A stretch of 64,000 bases of DNA from NCBI GenBank assembly GCA_964573695.1, contig CAZNKB010000002.1, positions 44,302-108,301 on the forward strand, given 5' to 3'. Within the stretch, counting starts at the first letter, position 1. Each line of letters opens with the position of its first letter. Below are positions 59,269 to 64,000 of the stretch, piece by piece. Position numbers and translations under genes: made by a program. The notes beneath the pieces were generated by a model that was not told the DNA's origin, ran no database searches, and saw only the letters and a program-made list of their open reading frames with translations. This DNA is from an uncultured Gammaproteobacteria bacterium. Its GTDB lineage: Bacteria; Patescibacteriota; Microgenomatia; UBA10105; UBA927.

Positions 59269-60351
59269 TTACAATGTCTGCCACCACACCAAAAGAGTAC
59301 CGATCCCAACATGCGAGGCGATAAGCCACCCCAATGGCATGGTATCAAGAAATCCGCTCGAGGCAAAATTCCAACTGACGAGGAAATAACTTACAGCCAA
59401 TGTCGCTCGTTGGTGCCACCTTTGCCTGATAGTCCAGAGCGTAATAAACGTAGGGATAAGCACGACGAAGTGGTGCTGCCACGCGATAGGCTCCATAAGA
59501 AGCAAAGCCGGAAAAAACATCCACACGCTATGGGCAAACGTCTGCTGTTTTTTCCTTATGAGGAGCATACATGCAAATAGCATGAGGAGAACTCCGACTG
59601 CGACAGGCAGCACCGGGGATACAAGCCCGGCGCGTGTAAGTAACCCGGTAAGGCTCTGGTTATAATAGATACCTGCATCGCGAAATCCCGAAGCGGCCGG
59701 CATCATCCGATTTGCATACTCGATATACGACTCTACCTTCCAATACAAAAGAGAAACACCCACCGCAACCCCAAGCGTGCCTAAGCTCCCCCACAGCATC
59801 TTCCAGCGCCGCCGAAGCAGAATAACCGGCAACAGCAGGATAAATTCGGGCTTAAATAGCCAGGAAATTCCCATGAGTATCCCGCTCAGCATCGGATAGC
59901 GCCGCTCTTCTAACGCGACAGACGCGACGATCAAGAAAAGCGCGATGAAGTTCACTTGCCCCATACCGAGAGTGAACTGCGTCGGAAATGAAAGATACGA
60001 AAAAGCAAGAATCACGCCGATATCGAGAGCTTTATACATACCCGCCGATCGGGCAAGATATATCCCTATCATGATAAGACACCCGAAAGAAACCAGTACC
60101 CATATGGCTTGGCTTACCGCAAAAGGAATGAGCTGCAACGGAGCAAAAAGTAAAAGTGACGCCGGCGGCAATAAATGAATCGGTGAAATGACCTGCTGCG
60201 TCGCTTCCTGGGCCGCCTGATAATAATATGCGAAATCAGGCGCGCTGGAACTGACAATACGCCAGAGCGAATACGTAGCTTTGAGAGCGGCGAGGGCGAC
60301 AAACAACGCCAGTAAGATGCGGATTATTCGGCGTGTTGCTGGAGCTGCCAT
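59269..60351 (-). CDS. GT87/DUF2029-like membrane glycosyl(mannosyl)transferase
   Basis: Polytopic. General GT87 pattern. Start at ATG 60349-60351 avoids overlap with the GT2 gene. Confidence 0.55.
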   Translation of the reverse strand: MAAPATRRIIRILLALFVALAALKATYSLWRIVSSSAPDFAYYYQAAQEATQQVISPIHLLPPASLLLFAPLQLIPFAVSQAIWVLVSFGCLIMIGIYLARSAGMYKALDIGVILAFSYLSFPTQFTLGMGQVNFIALFLIVASVALEERRYPMLSGILMGISWLFKPEFILLLPVILLRRRWKMLWGSLGTLGVAVGVSLLYWKVESYIEYANRMMPAASGFRDAGIYYNQSLTGLLTRAGLVSPVLPVAVGVLLMLFACMLLIRKKQQTFAHSVWMFFPALLLMEPIAWQHHFVVLIPTFITLWTIRQRWHQRATLAVSYFLVSWNFASSGFLDTMPLGWLIASHVGIGTLLVWWQTL

Positions 60352-61082
60352 AATTTTGCCCGAGTCAGAAAAGAATGAAAGCTCATCATAAGGGCGACGA
60401 TGATTCCCGGCATACCGTCGCGAAATCCTAAACGCCATAAATAATTCTGGATAAACTTTCCGGTAGGATACGCTACGATATGCCACCAGGAAACGCGTTT
60501 GCCGATTTCGAAGAAGTGCAAAGCGTTTATCGTCGAATACGTATTTATATCATCCAAAAAATGTGCGACGTCAGGGTGAGGGGTATGTAAAAGCGGATTT
60601 TCCAGTGTCCCCACCACGCCCCGGACATTCCAGGTTTCGTGCACAGGCCGCTGCCATGTGCCACTTTCCTTTTTGGCCAAACGAATGAGTCTTACCCGCT
60701 GCGTTTCTCCGTGCTGCATGGACTTACCCCACATTACATCCTGCCGCTTGAGAAAAAATCCCTGCACATCTACTTTTTGCACCGCTTCTTCTATTTCCTT
60801 CGCAAGTACCGGCGTCACCACTTCATCGGAATCTACAAATAACACCCACTCCTGACGTACTTGTGCCAGACCGAAATTGCGCTGTTTGGCAAAATCCCCT
60901 TTTAGCGGATGCGGTATGACGCGGGCACCGAATTTTTTGGCGATGTCGCAGGTTTCATCGGTCGACTCATCATCAATCACCACAATTTCATCGCAGAACC
61001 CAAGGCTTTTGAGGGAGACCTGTAGCGTAGCCTGGTTATTATGTGTCAGAACGACCGCAGATATACCCATACCGTGATTCAT
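60324..61082 (-). CDS. Family 2 glycosyltransferase
   Basis: SAVVLTHNN...IVVIDDESTD...FVDSDE (DxD) motifs. Confidence 0.85.
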   Translation of the reverse strand: MNHGMGISAVVLTHNNQATLQVSLKSLGFCDEIVVIDDESTDETCDIAKKFGARVIPHPLKGDFAKQRNFGLAQVRQEWVLFVDSDEVVTPVLAKEIEEAVQKVDVQGFFLKRQDVMWGKSMQHGETQRVRLIRLAKKESGTWQRPVHETWNVRGVVGTLENPLLHTPHPDVAHFLDDINTYSTINALHFFEIGKRVSWWHIVAYPTGKFIQNYLWRLGFRDGMPGIIVALMMSFHSFLTRAKLWQLQQHAE

Positions 61083-61096
61083 TGTATCATACGGCT

Positions 61097-62230
61097 ATGA
61101 CACTCCGAAGGACCCTAAGCCTTATCGCAATCGCCTATCTTCTCGCGTTTGTCTCTCATGCCTGGCACCTCAAAAAAACAGTGTACGGAGACGGAATTTT
61201 TTACTATTCCTGGCTTCGGTCCGTCGTCATAGATCGGGATATCAACTTTGCAAACGAATACGCACATTTTCAGGTGCGCCAACCTCTGACAACACGAGGT
61301 ACCTACGGCAACAAATATAGCATAGGACCTGCCATATTCTGGTCACCGCCGTATGTGATGCTTCATACGGCTCTTCGCGGAGACGGCTGGGGACTACCCT
61401 ATCAGTTAGCGGTGGGAGCAACCTCCGTACTGGCGGCTATATCAGGACTCGCCTTACTCACAAGACTTATCGGCCAACCATTACCCGTGGTGTCACTCAC
61501 CATACTCCTTATCGCAGGCGCCACGAATCTGCTTTTTTACGGAAGCATAGACGCGGTCAATTCTCATGCCCTATCCTTTTTTGCTGCCGTCGTGTTTCTC
61601 AATCTTTTGGCTGCCACAAAGCGACATTGGCTTGCCATAGGAATAGCACTTGCGATCCTTGCCTCCGTACGGCTGCAGGATCTGGTGTATGTCATTGCCC
61701 TTGTCCCGATACAAAAACATATTCATTGGAAGCAACTTTTACTGGGATTTCTTCTGGGATTTATGCCACAACTGACGTCCTGGTGGACGCTCTATGGTAC
61801 GCTTGCCAATCCGTATTTGTCGGGCGGCGAGTACTTTGACCTGCTCCGGCCGCATATACTGGGCGTTCTCTTTAGTCCTCAAAGCGGGCTTTTCCTCTGG
61901 ACACCCATTGTGGCAGTCGGAGTGTATGGACTCGTATATCCCTACGTGAGAAAGACGCAAACCGAAATGCAGGTGAAAAATCGACACATCTACCTCATTA
62001 TCTTTGGACTGCAGCTCTACTTTATCGCCAGCTGGAACACATGGTGGCAGGGGGCAAGTATCAGCGGCCGGATGTTTGTCAGCACATTGCCGCTGGTGGC
62101 CATTGGACTGGGGGATATAATTGCTCGTATTTATACGCACCGGTTGCTTCGCTCTGTACTCCCGCTTATGGTCGCAGGGATCAGTGTAGTGAATGCAATG
62201 GGAATCTTTTATTACCTGTTTACGAACTGA
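61097..62230 (+). CDS. Polytopic membrane protein, probable GT-C-type glycosyltransferase (alternative start 61043)
   Basis: About 11 hydrophobic helices. No soluble domains. Confidence 0.5.
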   Translation: MTLRRTLSLIAIAYLLAFVSHAWHLKKTVYGDGIFYYSWLRSVVIDRDINFANEYAHFQVRQPLTTRGTYGNKYSIGPAIFWSPPYVMLHTALRGDGWGLPYQLAVGATSVLAAISGLALLTRLIGQPLPVVSLTILLIAGATNLLFYGSIDAVNSHALSFFAAVVFLNLLAATKRHWLAIGIALAILASVRLQDLVYVIALVPIQKHIHWKQLLLGFLLGFMPQLTSWWTLYGTLANPYLSGGEYFDLLRPHILGVLFSPQSGLFLWTPIVAVGVYGLVYPYVRKTQTEMQVKNRHIYLIIFGLQLYFIASWNTWWQGASISGRMFVSTLPLVAIGLGDIIARIYTHRLLRSVLPLMVAGISVVNAMGIFYYLFTN

Positions 62231-63371
62231 GGACGCGCCTATATACACTATCCAGCAGCTTGGCCCCGATGCCGACATCGTGAACCCGGAGTGCGCGCTG
62301 ACGGGCCCTTCGCGCAAATACTTCTCGCTTTGCGGGGGTAAGGATAAACTCCCGAAGTGCATCGGCAATCGCGCCGGGTGAACTGGGAGGAACGAGCACC
62401 GCAGCGTCTTTGACGTTTTCCTCGATGCCGCCGCAGCGGGTAGTGATTATGGGCAGTCCGGACGATTGCGCCTCGAGTAACGCCATACCGTACTGCTCTT
62501 CCCACGTATTCGTCGGCTTACTCGGAGCGACGAATAAGTCTGCAGCTTGATAGATACCGGGCATTTGATCATACGTAGCACTCTCTATAGTAGAGTGCCA
62601 ATTTTTCCGGATATTCCGGTGGTGATGTAAGATGACCTGTCGCAGCGGCCCGTCACCCACAAATCGAAATTGTAATCTATACCCGGACAATCCCGGATCC
62701 TGTGCCAAAATCTGTGCTGATCTCAACAGATCCTCCACTCCCTTTTCCCAAACCAGCCGCCCACAAAAAAGAACAGTAAATGCACGCTTTTTGGGGTCGG
62801 CTACCAGCCGAAATGACGGATCAAACGGAACAAACCGATTCGTGTCTATATGTGCACCTATCACCGAGATTTTTTCGGCATCTGCACCCTCAATAACGAG
62901 TGCTCGCTTCGCTTTTTGGGTAACGGCGATAATGTGATCAAGTTCGCGCAGTGCACGTTTCTTGTACGCGAGCCTGCCATGTATCCCTTCGTTGTTGTGC
63001 GCGATCGTCTCCCATACCGTCGCAACTACTTTGCGGACTCGACCATGTTTTTTGGCATCCAGACACTGCTTCGTATACCGAAAATATGTTTCCGCCGTAT
63101 GAGCAAGATCAAATCCCTGCAGCGATTGCTCCAACCCCAGCAGGTACTGCGCATCCGTAAATATCCGGTTAAGGATTGGCATTTTGTACGGGAAATCCGG
63201 TATATCCATAGGACTCATCAGTTTGACGACCGGAAAGGGAAACTGATCATGCAAAGGGGAGAGCGATGCAAAGGCCGCGAGTCGGTATCGGCTCACAAGC
63301 GGCACGAAACTCTGCATATCATACCAATTGAGGAACTTCCCGCGGACTATGGCAACAGACGGGTTTTTCAT
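62220..63371 (-). CDS. Family 4 (GT-B) glycosyltransferase
   Basis: EEQYGMALLEAQSSGLPII (E-x7-E motif). Confidence 0.88.
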   Translation of the reverse strand: MKNPSVAIVRGKFLNWYDMQSFVPLVSRYRLAAFASLSPLHDQFPFPVVKLMSPMDIPDFPYKMPILNRIFTDAQYLLGLEQSLQGFDLAHTAETYFRYTKQCLDAKKHGRVRKVVATVWETIAHNNEGIHGRLAYKKRALRELDHIIAVTQKAKRALVIEGADAEKISVIGAHIDTNRFVPFDPSFRLVADPKKRAFTVLFCGRLVWEKGVEDLLRSAQILAQDPGLSGYRLQFRFVGDGPLRQVILHHHRNIRKNWHSTIESATYDQMPGIYQAADLFVAPSKPTNTWEEQYGMALLEAQSSGLPIITTRCGGIEENVKDAAVLVPPSSPGAIADALREFILTPAKREVFARRARQRALRVHDVGIGAKLLDSVYRRVLSS

Positions 63372-64000
63372 GAGTGAGGCTCGAAACGTGCCATGACCTC
63401 CGTAACCGTACGGGCAAATGAACGCCAGGAGAATTGCTTCGCCCGTTGCCGGCCTTTCTCGCTCAGTTTATTGCGAAAGCCCGAATCCGTTGTCATGGTG
63501 ACAAGCGCCCGAACGGCGGCTTGTTCATCTTGCGGGTCGACAAGCAAGCCCGCATCACCGACGACTTCGGGGTATGCGCCGGCCGTCGATCCGATTACCG
63601 GACAACCCGAGGCCATAGCTTCTACCACCGGAAGACCGAAGCCTTCGATCAGTGACACAGTCAGCAATACCCGGGCCCCACGATAATACTGTGCCAGCGT
63701 TTCATCGTCGACAAATCCGACAATCGATACCCGGTTCTGAAGTCCGAGTGAATTTATGGTCGCGGAGATTCCCGGATCCAGCCAGTAGTCACTGCCCACA
63801 AGCAAAAAATCATAGACCACCTCGCTCGTATGCAAAAAAGCAGCAAATGCCCGAAGCATCATGGGCACGTTCTTCCCGGGCTTAAGAGACCCGACGAAGA
63901 GAATGTAAGGATTATCACGCTTATGTTTGGTGCCTAAGGGGTGGAAATATTTTTCCACACCAAGATAGGCGACAGTCAGCTTCTCTTTCGGTACATGATA
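63368..64000 (-). CDS. Family 4 (GT-B) glycosyltransferase; N-terminus beyond the window end
   Basis: C-terminal ...SLIEGFGLPVVEAMASGCPVIGS... E-x7-E motif. The ORF remains open to the window edge. Confidence 0.8.
   Translation of the reverse strand, partial: YHVPKEKLTVAYLGVEKYFHPLGTKHKRDNPYILFVGSLKPGKNVPMMLRAFAAFLHTSEVVYDFLLVGSDYWLDPGISATINSLGLQNRVSIVGFVDDETLAQYYRGARVLLTVSLIEGFGLPVVEAMASGCPVIGSTAGAYPEVVGDAGLLVDPQDEQAAVRALVTMTTDSGFRNKLSEKGRQRAKQFSWRSFARTVTEVMARFEPHS

Overview
Bacterial chromosomal segment, roughly 50% GC, densely packed with conserved core genes. These include metK, a Y-family polymerase, a DEAD-box helicase, cspA, obg, pyrG, rplS, the complete F1Fo ATP synthase operon, dnaE, gatCAB, murT/gatD, htpX, lemA, polX and five tRNAs. 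There are also two cell-envelope glycosylation clusters. One minus-strand gene run of about 23 kb (30.3-53.2 kb) is broken only by one small plus-strand gene. Several genes have TATAAT boxes abutting their start codons, which suggests leaderless transcripts. The gene content would fit a small-genome, Gram-positive-like or Patescibacteria-like bacterium, but this cannot be verified from this window. Two accessory features stand out. (1) A low-GC islet of about 3.9 kb (10.7-14.6 kb) sits beside tRNA-Glu, with 45-bp direct repeats derived from the tRNA 3' end at 12203-12247 and 14585-14631; the second marks its tRNA-proximal boundary. It has no integrase. It encodes a translationally coupled three-gene cassette: a STAS-GHKL-ATPase fusion, a small DUF4325/STAS-like protein and a 2-TM membrane protein. 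It also encodes a separate 449-aa protein with a C-terminal Rx4H (HEPN-like) motif. This is a candidate undescribed partner-switching-type defence/toxin module. (2) Two paralogous mini GIY-YIG ORFs (YhbQ/UPF0213-like, 85 and 88 aa) each end on the U8-A9-G10 triplet of a downstream tRNA (tRNA-Lys and tRNA-Gly). Each is preceded by a hairpin-interrupted duplicate of that tRNA's 5' end. The tRNA-Glu locus also carries nested tRNA-fragment scars and a pair of hairpins with a compensatory base-pair change.
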